Shown here piece by piece: positions 15,003 to 26,710 of a stretch of 64,000 nt of DNA. Source of the DNA: Escherichia coli (lineage in GTDB: Bacteria > Pseudomonadota > Gammaproteobacteria > Enterobacterales > Enterobacteriaceae); NCBI RefSeq assembly GCF_003334335.1, contig NZ_QOWQ01000008.1; one strand, given 5' to 3'. The notes beneath the pieces are model-generated. The model was not told the DNA's origin. It did not search any database and was given only the letters and a program-made list of their open reading frames with translations. Positions within the stretch are counted from its first letter, which is position 1. Each line of letters starts with the position of its first letter. Position numbers and translations under genes: made by a program.

Positions 15003-15635
15003 ATGGTGCTTGGCAAACCGCAAACAGACCCGACTCTCGAATGGTTCTTGTCTCATTGCCACATTCATAAGTACCCATCCAAGAGCACGCTTATTCACCA
15101 GGGTGAAAAAGCGGAAACGCTGTACTACATCGTTAAAGGCTCTGTGGCAGTGCTGATCAAAGACGAAGAGGGTAAAGAAATGATCCTCTCCTATCTGAAT
15201 CAGGGTGATTTTATTGGCGAACTGGGCCTGTTTGAAGAGGGCCAGGAACGTAGCGCATGGGTACGTGCGAAAACCGCCTGTGAAGTGGCTGAAATTTCGT
15301 ACAAAAAATTTCGCCAATTGATTCAGGTAAACCCGGACATTCTGATGCGTTTGTCTGCACAGATGGCGCGTCGTCTGCAAGTCACTTCAGAGAAAGTGGG
15401 CAACCTGGCGTTCCTCGACGTGACGGGCCGCATTGCACAGACTCTGCTGAATCTGGCAAAACAACCAGACGCTATGACTCACCCGGACGGTATGCAAATC
15501 AAAATTACCCGTCAGGAAATTGGTCAGATTGTCGGCTGTTCTCGTGAAACCGTGGGACGCATTCTGAAGATGCTGGAAGATCAGAACCTGATCTCCGCAC
15601 ACGGTAAAACCATCGTCGTTTACGGCACTCGTTAA
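15003..15635 (+). CDS. crp: cAMP receptor protein
   Basis: 210-aa [53 protein letters not shown]...; [17 protein letters not shown]. Confidence 0.98.
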
Positions 15636-15645
15636 TCCCGTCGGA

Positions 15646-15680
15646 GTGGCGCGTTACCTGGTAGCGCGCCATTTTGTTTC
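15646..15680 (+). terminator. Putative crp terminator
   Basis: tggcgcg ... gcgcgcca stem followed by ttttgttt; lies between crp stop and yhfK start. Confidence 0.55.
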
Positions 15681-17776
15681 CCCCGATGTGGCGCAGACTG
15701 ATTTATCACCCCGATATCAACTATGCACTTCGACAAACGCTGGTGCTATGTTTGCCCGTGGCCGTTGGGTTAATGCTTGGCGAATTACGATTCGGTCTGC
15801 TCTTCTCCCTCGTTCCTGCCTGTTGCAATATTGCGGGCCTTGATACGCCTCATAAACGTTTTTTCAAACGCTTAATCATTGGTGCGTCGCTGTTTGCCAC
15901 CTGTAGCTTGCTGACACAGCTACTACTGGCAAAAGATGTTCCCCTGCCCTTTTTGCTGACCGGATTAACGCTGGTACTTGGCGTCACTGCTGAGCTGGGG
16001 CCATTGCACGCAAAATTGCTTCCTGCATCGCTGCTCGCCGCCATTTTTACCCTCAGTTTGGCGGGATACATGCCGGTCTGGGAACCGTTGCTCATCTATG
16101 CGTTGGGCACTCTCTGGTACGGATTGTTTAACTGGTTTTGGTTCTGGATCTGGCGCGAACAACCGCTGCGCGAGTCACTAAGTCTGCTGTACCGTGAACT
16201 GGCAGATTATTGTGAAGCCAAATACAGCCTGCTTACCCAGCACACCGACCCTGAAAAAGCGCTGCCGCCGCTGCTGGTGCGCCAGCAAAAAGCGGTCGAT
16301 CTAATTACCCAGTGCTATCAGCAAATGCATATGCTTTCCGCGCAAAATAATACTGACTACAAGCGGATGCTGCGTATTTTCCAGGAGGCGCTGGATTTAC
16401 AGGAACATATTTCGGTCAGTTTGCATCAGCCGGAAGAGGTGCAAAAGCTGGTCGAGCGTAGCCATGCGGAAGAAGTTATCCGCTGGAATGCGCAAACCGT
16501 CGCCGCTCGCCTGCGCGTGCTGGCTGATGACATTCTTTACCATCGCCTGCCAACGCGTTTTACGATGGAAAAGCAAATTGGCGCACTGGAAAAAATCGCC
16601 CGCCAGCATCCGGATAATCCGGTTGGGCAATTCTGCTACTGGCATTTCAGCCGCATCGCCCGCGTGCTGCGCACCCAAAAACCGCTCTATGCCCGTGACT
16701 TACTGGCCGATAAACAGCGGCGAATGCCATTACTTCCGGCGCTGAAAAGTTATCTGTCACTAAAGTCTCCGGCGCTACGCAATGCCGGACGACTCAGTGT
16801 GATGTTAAGCGTTGCCAGCCTGATGGGCACCGCGCTGCATCTGCCGAAGTCGTACTGGATCCTGATGACGGTATTGCTGGTGACACAAAATGGCTATGGC
16901 GCAACCCGTCTGAGGATTGTGAATCGCTCCGTGGGAACCGTGGTCGGGTTAATCATTGCGGGCGTGGCGCTGCACTTTAAAATTCCCGAAGGTTACACCC
17001 TGACGTTGATGCTGATTACCACCCTCGCCAGCTACCTGATATTGCGCAAAAACTACGGCTGGGCGACGGTCGGTTTTACTATTACCGCAGTGTATACCCT
17101 GCAACTATTGTGGTTGAACGGCGAGCAATACATCCTTCCGCGTCTTATCGATACCATTATTGGTTGTTTAATTGCTTTCGGCGGTACTGTCTGGCTGTGG
17201 CCGCAGTGGCAGAGCGGGTTATTGCGTAAAAACGCCCATGATGCTTTAGAAGCCTATCAGGAAGCGATTCGCTTGATTCTTAGCGAGGATCCGCAACCTA
17301 CGCCACTGGCCTGGCAGCGAATGCGGGTAAATCAGGCACATAACACTCTGTATAACTCATTGAATCAGGCGATGCAGGAACCGGCGTTTAACAGCCATTA
17401 TCTGGCAGATATGAAACTGTGGGTAACGCACAGCCAGTTTATTGTTGAGCATATTAATGCCATGACCACGCTGGCGCGGGAACACCGGGCATTGCCACCT
17501 GAACTGGCACAAGAGTATTTACAGTCTTGTGAAATCGCCATTCAGCGTTGTCAGCAGCGACTGGAGTATGACGAACCGGGTAGTTCTGGCGATGCCAATA
17601 TCATGGATGCGCCGGAGATGCAGCCGCACGAAGGCGCGGCAGGTACGCTGGAGCAGCATTTACAGCGGGTTATTGGTCATCTGAACACCATGCACACCAT
17701 TTCGTCGATGGCATGGCGTCAGCGACCGCATCACGGGATTTGGCTGAGTCGCAAGTTGCGGGATTCGAAGGCGTAA
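15674..17776 (+). CDS. yhfK: Large inner-membrane protein YhfK (unknown function)
   Basis: 700-aa ORF, hydrophobic N-terminal half and repeated hydrophobic blocks after residue ~380. Confidence 0.88.
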   Translation: MFPPMWRRLIYHPDINYALRQTLVLCLPVAVGLMLGELRFGLLFSLVPACCNIAGLDTPHKRFFKRLIIGASLFATCSLLTQLLLAKDVPLPFLLTGLTLVLGVTAELGPLHAKLLPASLLAAIFTLSLAGYMPVWEPLLIYALGTLWYGLFNWFWFWIWREQPLRESLSLLYRELADYCEAKYSLLTQHTDPEKALPPLLVRQQKAVDLITQCYQQMHMLSAQNNTDYKRMLRIFQEALDLQEHISVSLHQPEEVQKLVERSHAEEVIRWNAQTVAARLRVLADDILYHRLPTRFTMEKQIGALEKIARQHPDNPVGQFCYWHFSRIARVLRTQKPLYARDLLADKQRRMPLLPALKSYLSLKSPALRNAGRLSVMLSVASLMGTALHLPKSYWILMTVLLVTQNGYGATRLRIVNRSVGTVVGLIIAGVALHFKIPEGYTLTLMLITTLASYLILRKNYGWATVGFTITAVYTLQLLWLNGEQYILPRLIDTIIGCLIAFGGTVWLWPQWQSGLLRKNAHDALEAYQEAIRLILSEDPQPTPLAWQRMRVNQAHNTLYNSLNQAMQEPAFNSHYLADMKLWVTHSQFIVEHINAMTTLAREHRALPPELAQEYLQSCEIAIQRCQQRLEYDEPGSSGDANIMDAPEMQPHEGAAGTLEQHLQRVIGHLNTMHTISSMAWRQRPHHGIWLSRKLRDSKA

Positions 17777-17789
17777 TGCAGGCTAAACC

Positions 17790-17820
17790 ATCGGATAAGG
17801 CATTCACGCCGCATCCGACA
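17790..17820. repeat. REP (repetitive extragenic palindromic) element
   Basis: cggataaggcattcacgccgcatccg, canonical REP-like sequence between convergent yhfK and argD. Confidence 0.7.
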
Positions 17821-17842
17821 TCTTTTGCCTGATGCTTCGTAT

Positions 17843-19078
<1,236 letters not shown>

Positions 19079-19091
19079 TTACGCATAAACA

Positions 19092-19131
19092 AATGTGAAA
19101 TTATAACCACAAAATATGCATAAAAAATCAC
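19092..19131 (-). promoter_or_regulatory. Possible tandem ARG-box-like operator upstream of argD
   Basis: AT-rich segments tgtgaaattataacca and tatgcataaaaaatca loosely resemble the TGAAT-w4-ATTCA ARG box; judged by eye only. Confidence 0.3.
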
Positions 19132-19148
19132 TAAATGGCAATCAGAAA

Positions 19149-19712
19149 TCAGCGATGCAGGAAATTAGCCAGCAGTTGATGTCCTTGTTCGCTAAGAATA
19201 CTTTCTGGATGGAACTGCACACCTTCCAGATCCCACTGGCGATGGCGAATCCCCATAATCTCGCGGGTTTCGCTCCAGGCCGTCACGTCAAAGCACGCTG
19301 GTAATGAGTCAGGTTCCACCACCAGCGAATGGTAGCGTGTCACGGTAAGTGGATTTGCCAGCCCCCGAAATACGCCCTCACCGTTATGTGTAATCGGCGA
19401 GGTTTTGCCGTGCATGACCTTTGCGGCGCGCACAACTTTACCGCCAAATGCCTGCGCCATTGCCTGATGACCGAGGCAGACGCCAAGAATCGGCAAGCGC
19501 CCGGCATAGTGGCGAATAACGTCAAGGGAGATCCCGGCTTCATCTGGCGTACAGGGGCCAGGTGAGATGACAATTTTTTGTGGTTTAAGGGCGTCGATAT
19601 CCGCCAGCGTCAACGCATCGTTGCGCTTAACCAGCACATCCGCCCCCAGTTCACAAAAGTACTGGTAGAGGTTCCAGGTAAAAGAATCGTAGTTATCTAT
19701 AAGCAGGATCAT
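19149..19712 (-). CDS. pabA: Aminodeoxychorismate synthase, glutamine amidotransferase subunit
   Basis: 187-aa [26 protein letters not shown]...GVCLGHQ (class I GATase). Confidence 0.95.
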   Translation of the reverse strand: MILLIDNYDSFTWNLYQYFCELGADVLVKRNDALTLADIDALKPQKIVISPGPCTPDEAGISLDVIRHYAGRLPILGVCLGHQAMAQAFGGKVVRAAKVMHGKTSPITHNGEGVFRGLANPLTVTRYHSLVVEPDSLPACFDVTAWSETREIMGIRHRQWDLEGVQFHPESILSEQGHQLLANFLHR

Positions 19713-19743
19713 GGCGGCTCCGGTACAAAAGAACCGCGCTATT

Positions 19744-20346
19744 TTACTCAGATTCCCCGGCTTCGCTTACCACTTTGCTAAATATCATCTGCAGTGCGGT
19801 GAGATCCCCCATTGCCCCACTCTGATTTGCCTGATTCCAGGCCTCTTTTTCGATACCCTGCCAGCTCAGTTGATATCCGGCATGAATCGCCAGTTGCTCG
19901 AAGAAGATCCGCTGTGCCAGACCACTTCCCACCCGGAAGGGATGCAGCACGTTGATTTCACAATAGTAATGCGCCAGCCGCTCGACGAACTTCGCTTTCT
20001 CCAGGCCAACCAGATAACCTTCTTCCTCCAGATCCTGCATCAGGGCATTGCCCTCTTTTTCGATATAAGCAAAGTGGCAGAACGGCGTATCACCCTGATA
20101 AATATCAACTTCACGCAGTTGCCCTGCCCAGTCGAAAATATCCTGATACAGCTGGCGATGGATAGTTCGCAAATGCGGTAAACCGCGCACCAGCGGACCA
20201 AGCTCAATGGTCGCAGCACGCAGCGCCGTCATTTCGTAAGCGGCCTGTTCCAGCCGCTGCTGCTGGCGGATGTTCAGCCGGTTACGCATGATATCAAGGC
20301 CTGGATAAAGATACGGATCGCGCCCTTCGCCGAATTTATCGCTCAT
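19744..20346 (-). CDS. fic: Fic-domain protein (putative AMP-transferase)
   Basis: 200-aa [27 protein letters not shown]; motif region reads [12 protein letters not shown] (residues 135-146). Confidence 0.92.
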
Positions 20347-20503
20347 AGTGACTCCTCAGCTCTTCAAGGCGCGCTAAAGCCTCTGCGGCAGTAAGAGTGA
20401 CTAAAGGCATCTCGACGCCTTCAAGACGGCGACTGGCCTGAAAATTACGATTACGCTGAAGCTCCCAGAGACGGGACTTTTGCTTATCGGTGAGTTTCTT
20501 CAC
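20336..20503 (-). CDS. yhfG: Small Fic-partner protein YhfG
   Basis: Manual translation from GTG (complement cac 20501-20503): [54 protein letters not shown]; stop overlaps fic start; below the 60-aa ORF-track cutoff. Confidence 0.8.
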
Positions 20504-20607
20504 TTGATGCCTCCCTGAACGTGTCCATTTGCCACAAGTATAAGCGGCAAATCCGGGTTACGCCGGGAGAGCAGAAGCGCGGGCAAGATTGCCCGCGCGA
20601 GAAATCA

Positions 20608-21189
<582 letters not shown>

Positions 21190-21450
21190 TTAACAAACAG
21201 AGCAGAAAAAAAGCAAGTGAAGAGATTCTAAATAGCCTTCAAGAACAAGGCCATCCCTTTACCTAATTTTACGTATCTGAAATATATGTAACCTGACGAT
21301 CACTTTTTATTCCGTGATCAAAATCACCTCTTAAAATGCAATTTAGCAACCGATTGCAATAAAACATTTAAACAGATCACAAAATCACCTAAAATCGCCC
21401 GCTCGCGGCATATCCCGCTATGCCATTTTATTTTTGAACGCAGGCCAATC

Positions 21451-22632
21451 ATGACTAACAGCAATCGCATCAAGCTCACATGGATTAGCTTTCTCTCCTA
21501 CGCACTGACTGGTGCGTTGGTTATTGTCACCGGGATGGTGATGGGAAATATCGCCGATTATTTCAATCTGCCTGTTTCCAGTATGAGTAATACCTTCACC
21601 TTCCTCAACGCCGGCATTTTAATCTCTATCTTCCTCAACGCCTGGCTGATGGAAATCGTCCCGTTGAAAACGCAGTTACGTTTTGGCTTTCTCCTGATGG
21701 TGCTGGCGGTTGCCGGTTTGATGTTCAGCCACAGCCTGGCGCTGTTCTCGGCGGCGATGTTCATTCTCGGGGTGGTCAGCGGCATCACCATGTCGATTGG
21801 TACATTCCTGGTAACACAAATGTATGAAGGGCGTCAGCGCGGTTCCCGCCTGTTATTTACCGACTCCTTCTTCAGTATGGCTGGGATGATTTTCCCAATG
21901 ATCGCCGCGTTTCTACTGGCGCGCAGCATTGAGTGGTACTGGGTTTATGCCTGCATCGGGCTGGTGTATGTCGCTATTTTTATTCTGACCTTCGGCTGTG
22001 AGTTCCCGGCGCTGGGCAAACATGCGCCAAAAACGGATGCTCCGGTAGAGAAAGAAAAGTGGGGGATCGGCGTACTGTTTCTCTCTGTTGCGGCGTTGTG
22101 CTACATCCTCGGTCAGTTAGGTTTTATCTCCTGGGTGCCTGAGTATGCCAAAGGCCTGGGCATGAGCCTGAACGACGCGGGCACGCTGGTGAGTAACTTC
22201 TGGATGTCATACATGGTCGGCATGTGGGCGTTCAGCTTTATTCTTCGCTTCTTTGATTTGCAACGCATTCTGACCGTACTGGCTGGTCTGGCTGCGATTC
22301 TGATGTACGTCTTTAACACCGGAACACCAGCACATATGGCGTGGTCAATTCTCGCTCTGGGCTTCTTCTCCAGCGCGATCTATACCACCATCATCACCCT
22401 GGGTTCACAGCAGACCAAAGTACCGTCGCCAAAACTGGTTAACTTTGTCCTGACCTGCGGAACCATCGGTACTATGTTGACCTTTGTGGTTACCGGCCCG
22501 ATCGTTGAACATAGCGGTCCGCAGGCGGCACTGCTTACAGCAAACGGTCTGTACGCTGTCGTCTTTGTGATGTGCTTCCTGTTAGGTTTCGTCAGCCGTC
22601 ACCGTCAGCATAACACCCTGACCTCTCATTAA
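21451..22632 (+). CDS. tsgA: MFS-type membrane transporter TsgA
   Basis: 393-aa polytopic [31 protein letters not shown]. Confidence 0.9.
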
Positions 22633-22640
22633 TTGCTCAT

Positions 22641-22670
22641 GCCGGACGGCACTATCGTCGTCCGGCCTTT
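22641..22670 (+). terminator. Putative tsgA terminator
   Basis: gccggacg ... cgtccggc inverted repeat followed by cttttcc. Confidence 0.5.
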
Positions 22671-22792
22671 TCCTCTCTTCCCCCGCTACGTGCATCTATT
22701 TCTATAAACCCGCTCATTTTGTCTATTTTTTGCACAAACATGAAATATCAGACAATTCCGTGACTTAAGAAAATTTATACAAATCAGCAATA

Positions 22793-22808
22793 TACCCATT
22801 AAGGAGTA
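22793..22808 (+). promoter_or_regulatory. NarL/NarP 7-2-7 heptamer pair in nirB promoter
   Basis: tacccat ta aggagta matches TACYYMT-NN-AKRRGTA. Confidence 0.6.
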
Positions 22809-22821
22809 TATAAAGGTGAAT

Positions 22822-22835
22822 TTGATTTACATCAA
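22822..22835 (+). promoter_or_regulatory. FNR box of the nirB promoter
   Basis: ttgat ttac atcaa, exact match to TTGAT-N4-ATCAA, ~60 bp upstream of nirB ATG. Confidence 0.8.
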
Positions 22836-22893
22836 TAAGCGGGGTTGCTGAATCGTTAAGGTAGGCGGTAATAGAAAAGAAATCGAGGCAAAA

Positions 22894-25437
22894 ATGAGCA
22901 AAGTCAGACTCGCAATTATCGGTAACGGTATGGTCGGCCATCGCTTTATCGAAGATCTTCTTGATAAATCTGATGCGGCCAACTTTGATATTACCGTTTT
23001 CTGTGAAGAACCGCGCATCGCTTATGACCGCGTACACCTCTCGTCTTACTTCTCTCACCACACCGCCGAAGAGCTGTCGCTGGTGCGCGAAGGCTTCTAC
23101 GAGAAACACGGCATCAAAGTTCTGGTCGGCGAACGCGCTATCACCATCAACCGTCAGGAGAAGGTGATTCACTCCAGCGCCGGACGTACCGTTTTTTATG
23201 ACAAGCTGATCATGGCAACCGGTTCCTACCCGTGGATCCCGCCAATCAAAGGTTCTGATACTCAGGACTGCTTTGTCTATCGCACTATTGAAGACCTCAA
23301 CGCCATTGAATCCTGCGCCCGTCGCAGCAAACGCGGTGCCGTTGTTGGTGGCGGCCTGTTAGGTCTGGAAGCCGCAGGCGCGCTGAAAAACTTAGGTATT
23401 GAAACCCACGTTATCGAATTTGCCCCTATGCTGATGGCAGAACAGCTTGATCAGATGGGCGGCGAGCAGCTGCGTCGCAAAATCGAAAGTATGGGCGTGC
23501 GCGTTCACACCAGCAAAAACACCCTTGAGATTGTGCAGGAAGGTGTTGAAGCGCGTAAAACCATGCGTTTTGCCGACGGCAGCGAACTGGAAGTCGACTT
23601 TATCGTCTTCTCTACCGGTATCCGTCCGCGCGATAAGCTGGCAACCCAGTGTGGTCTGGACGTTGCTCCGCGTGGGGGTATTGTCATTAATGATTCCTGC
23701 CAGACTTCCGATCCGGATATCTACGCCATCGGTGAATGCGCAAGCTGGAACAACCGTGTATTTGGTCTGGTAGCACCTGGCTACAAAATGGCGCAGGTCG
23801 CCGTTGACCATATTCTCGGTAGCGAAAACGCCTTTGAAGGTGCTGACCTTAGCGCCAAGCTGAAACTGCTGGGCGTAGACGTAGGCGGTATTGGTGATGC
23901 GCACGGTCGCACGCCTGGCGCACGTAGCTACGTTTACCTCGACGAAAGTAAAGAGATCTACAAACGCCTGATTGTCAGCGAAGACAACAAAACCCTGCTC
24001 GGTGCGGTACTGGTGGGCGATACCAGCGACTACGGTAACCTGCTGCAACTGGTGCTGAACGCTATCGAACTGCCGGAAAACCCGGATTCCCTGATCCTGC
24101 CAGCACACTCGGGTAGCGGCAAGCCGTCTATCGGTGTTGATAAACTGCCGGACAGCGCGCAAATCTGCTCCTGCTTCGACGTCACCAAAGGTGATCTGAT
24201 TGCTGCCATCAACAAAGGCTGCCACACAGTTGCGGCGCTGAAAGCTGAAACCAAAGCGGGTACTGGCTGCGGTGGCTGTATCCCGCTGGTCACTCAGGTA
24301 CTGAACGCGGAACTGGCGAAACAGGGCATCGAAGTTAACAACAACCTGTGCGAACACTTTGCTTATTCGCGTCAGGAACTGTTCCATTTGATCCGCGTTG
24401 AAGGCATTAAAACCTTCGAAGAACTGCTGGCGAAACACGGCAAAGGCTACGGTTGTGAAGTTTGTAAACCAACCGTCGGTTCGCTGCTGGCCTCCTGCTG
24501 GAACGAATACATTCTGAAGCCGGAACATACTCCGCTGCAGGATTCTAACGACAACTTCCTCGCTAACATCCAGAAAGACGGCACCTACTCGGTGATCCCG
24601 CGTTCTCCGGGCGGTGAAATCACCCCGGAAGGGCTGATGGCGGTAGGTCGTATCGCGCGTGAATTTAATCTCTACACCAAGATCACTGGCTCCCAGCGTC
24701 TGGCGATGTTTGGCGCACAGAAAGACGATCTGCCGGAGATCTGGCGTCAGCTGATTGAAGCCGGCTTCGAAACCGGTCATGCCTATGCGAAAGCACTGCG
24801 TATGGCGAAAACCTGCGTGGGTAGCACCTGGTGCCGCTACGGCGTTGGCGACAGCGTCGGCCTCGGCGTGGAACTGGAAAACCGCTACAAAGGCATCCGT
24901 ACGCCGCACAAAATGAAGTTCGGTGTCTCCGGCTGTACCCGTGAATGTTCAGAAGCTCAGGGTAAAGACGTGGGTATTATCGCCACTGAAAAAGGCTGGA
25001 ACCTGTATGTTTGCGGTAACGGCGGCATGAAACCGCGTCATGCGGATCTGCTGGCGGCGGATATCGATCGCGAAACGCTGATCAAATATCTCGACCGCTT
25101 CATGATGTTCTACATCCGTACTGCCGACAAACTGACGCGTACCGCACCGTGGTTAGAAAACCTCGAAGGCGGCATCGATTACCTGAAAGCAGTGATCATT
25201 GACGACAAACTGGGGCTGAACGCACATCTGGAAGAAGAGATGGCGCGCCTGCGTGAAGCGGTACTGTGTGAGTGGACTGAAACGGTCAATACGCCGTCTG
25301 CGCAGACTCGCTTCAAACACTTCATCAACAGCGACAAGCGTGACCCGAACGTGCAGATGGTGCCAGAGCGCGAACAGCACCGTCCGGCAACGCCGTATGA
25401 ACGTATCCCAGTAACTCTGGTGGAGGACAACGCATGA
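22894..25437 (+). CDS. nirB: NADH-dependent nitrite reductase large subunit
   Basis: 847-aa ORF MSKVRLAIIGNGMVGHRFIEDLL; FAD/NAD Rossmann motifs, siroheme/Fe-S Cys clusters. Confidence 0.97.
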   Translation: MSKVRLAIIGNGMVGHRFIEDLLDKSDAANFDITVFCEEPRIAYDRVHLSSYFSHHTAEELSLVREGFYEKHGIKVLVGERAITINRQEKVIHSSAGRTVFYDKLIMATGSYPWIPPIKGSDTQDCFVYRTIEDLNAIESCARRSKRGAVVGGGLLGLEAAGALKNLGIETHVIEFAPMLMAEQLDQMGGEQLRRKIESMGVRVHTSKNTLEIVQEGVEARKTMRFADGSELEVDFIVFSTGIRPRDKLATQCGLDVAPRGGIVINDSCQTSDPDIYAIGECASWNNRVFGLVAPGYKMAQVAVDHILGSENAFEGADLSAKLKLLGVDVGGIGDAHGRTPGARSYVYLDESKEIYKRLIVSEDNKTLLGAVLVGDTSDYGNLLQLVLNAIELPENPDSLILPAHSGSGKPSIGVDKLPDSAQICSCFDVTKGDLIAAINKGCHTVAALKAETKAGTGCGGCIPLVTQVLNAELAKQGIEVNNNLCEHFAYSRQELFHLIRVEGIKTFEELLAKHGKGYGCEVCKPTVGSLLASCWNEYILKPEHTPLQDSNDNFLANIQKDGTYSVIPRSPGGEITPEGLMAVGRIAREFNLYTKITGSQRLAMFGAQKDDLPEIWRQLIEAGFETGHAYAKALRMAKTCVGSTWCRYGVGDSVGLGVELENRYKGIRTPHKMKFGVSGCTRECSEAQGKDVGIIATEKGWNLYVCGNGGMKPRHADLLAADIDRETLIKYLDRFMMFYIRTADKLTRTAPWLENLEGGIDYLKAVIIDDKLGLNAHLEEEMARLREAVLCEWTETVNTPSAQTRFKHFINSDKRDPNVQMVPEREQHRPATPYERIPVTLVEDNA

Positions 25438-25760
25438 GCCAGTGGAAAGACATCTGCAAAATCGATGACATCCTGCCTGAAACCGGCGTCTGCGCGCTGT
25501 TAGGTGACGAGCAGGTCGCGATTTTCCGCCCGTATCACAGCGATCAGGTGTTTGCGATCAGCAACATCGACCCGTTCTTCGAGTCCAGCGTGCTGTCACG
25601 CGGACTGATTGCGGAACACCAGGGCGAGCTGTGGGTCGCCAGCCCGCTGAAAAAACAGCGTTTTCGCTTAAGCGACGGCTTGTGCATGGAAGACGAACAG
25701 TTTTCCGTCAAACATTACGAAGCGCGAGTGAAAGACGGCGTGGTGCAGCTGCGCGGTTAA
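25434..25760 (+). CDS. nirD: Nitrite reductase small subunit
   Basis: 108-aa Rieske-like ORF MSQWKDICKIDDILPETGVCALLGDEQVAIFRP; overlaps nirB stop. Confidence 0.95.
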   Translation: MSQWKDICKIDDILPETGVCALLGDEQVAIFRPYHSDQVFAISNIDPFFESSVLSRGLIAEHQGELWVASPLKKQRFRLSDGLCMEDEQFSVKHYEARVKDGVVQLRG

Positions 25761-25767
25761 TGTTTTA

Positions 25768-25795
25768 ACGGGAGGCGCAATGCCTCCCCTTTTTG
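25768..25795 (+). terminator. Stem-loop with U-tract between nirD and nirC
   Basis: gggagg cgcaatg cctccc followed by ctttttg. Confidence 0.45.
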
Positions 25796-25885
25796 CATGG
25801 TCCTGTAATAATCTTCGGTATATTGCAGGACATTTTTTAAACTTTTTGTTTTATTTTTTGTTTTTATTTTTTAAAGGATAATCAA

Positions 25886-26692
25886 ATGTTTACAGACACT
25901 ATTAATAAGTGTGCGGCTAACGCTGCGCGCATTGCACGCCTGTCGGCAAATAACCCGCTCGGCTTTTGGGTCAGCTCCGCCATGGCGGGCGCGTATGTGG
26001 GTCTTGGGATCATCCTGATTTTCACGCTCGGTAATTTGCTCGATCCATCCGTACGCCCTTTGGTGATGGGCGCGACCTTTGGTATCGCCTTAACGCTGGT
26101 GATTATCGCCGGTTCTGAACTGTTCACCGGACACACCATGTTCCTCACCTTTGGGGTAAAAGCGGGCAGCATCAGCCACGGGCAAATGTGGGCAATCCTG
26201 CCGCAAACCTGGCTGGGTAACCTGGTCGGTTCCGTCTTCGTTGCCATGCTCTATAGCTGGGGCGGCGGTAGCCTGCTGCCGGTAGATACCAGCATCGTTC
26301 ACTCCGTCGCGCTGGCTAAAACCACTGCACCGGCAATGGTACTCTTCTTCAAAGGTGCATTGTGTAACTGGCTGGTTTGCCTGGCAATCTGGATGGCGCT
26401 GCGCACTGAAGGGGCGGCGAAATTTATCGCTATCTGGTGGTGTCTGCTGGCATTTATCGCGTCCGGCTACGAGCACTCTATCGCTAACATGACGCTGTTC
26501 GCGCTCTCCTGGTTCGGCAACCACAGCGAAGCCTACACGCTGGCGGGTATTGGTCATAACCTGCTGTGGGTGACGCTGGGTAATACTTTATCAGGTGCCG
26601 TATTCATGGGATTGGGTTATTGGTATGCTACGCCGAAAGCGAATCGTCCGGTTGCGGACAAATTTAATCAAACTGAAACGGCTGCCGGTTAA
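25886..26692 (+). CDS. nirC: Nitrite transporter (formate/nitrite transporter family)
   Basis: 268-aa membrane ORF MFTDTINKCAANAARIARLSANNPLGFWVSSAMAG. Confidence 0.94.
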   Translation: MFTDTINKCAANAARIARLSANNPLGFWVSSAMAGAYVGLGIILIFTLGNLLDPSVRPLVMGATFGIALTLVIIAGSELFTGHTMFLTFGVKAGSISHGQMWAILPQTWLGNLVGSVFVAMLYSWGGGSLLPVDTSIVHSVALAKTTAPAMVLFFKGALCNWLVCLAIWMALRTEGAAKFIAIWWCLLAFIASGYEHSIANMTLFALSWFGNHSEAYTLAGIGHNLLWVTLGNTLSGAVFMGLGYWYATPKANRPVADKFNQTETAAG

Positions 26693-26710
26693 TTACTAAG
26701 GGGTTTTTAC

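Noticed and set aside
20341-20400. Canonical (S/T)xxxE(G/N) inhibitory motif in YhfG
   Set aside because: I could not find a clean match (closest is TLTAAEA), so I do not assert the class I antitoxin mechanism.
23392-24909. 505-aa ORF antisense to nirB
   Set aside because: Same reasoning: antisense frame of a well-supported gene, Arg/Val/Phe-rich translation with no motif.
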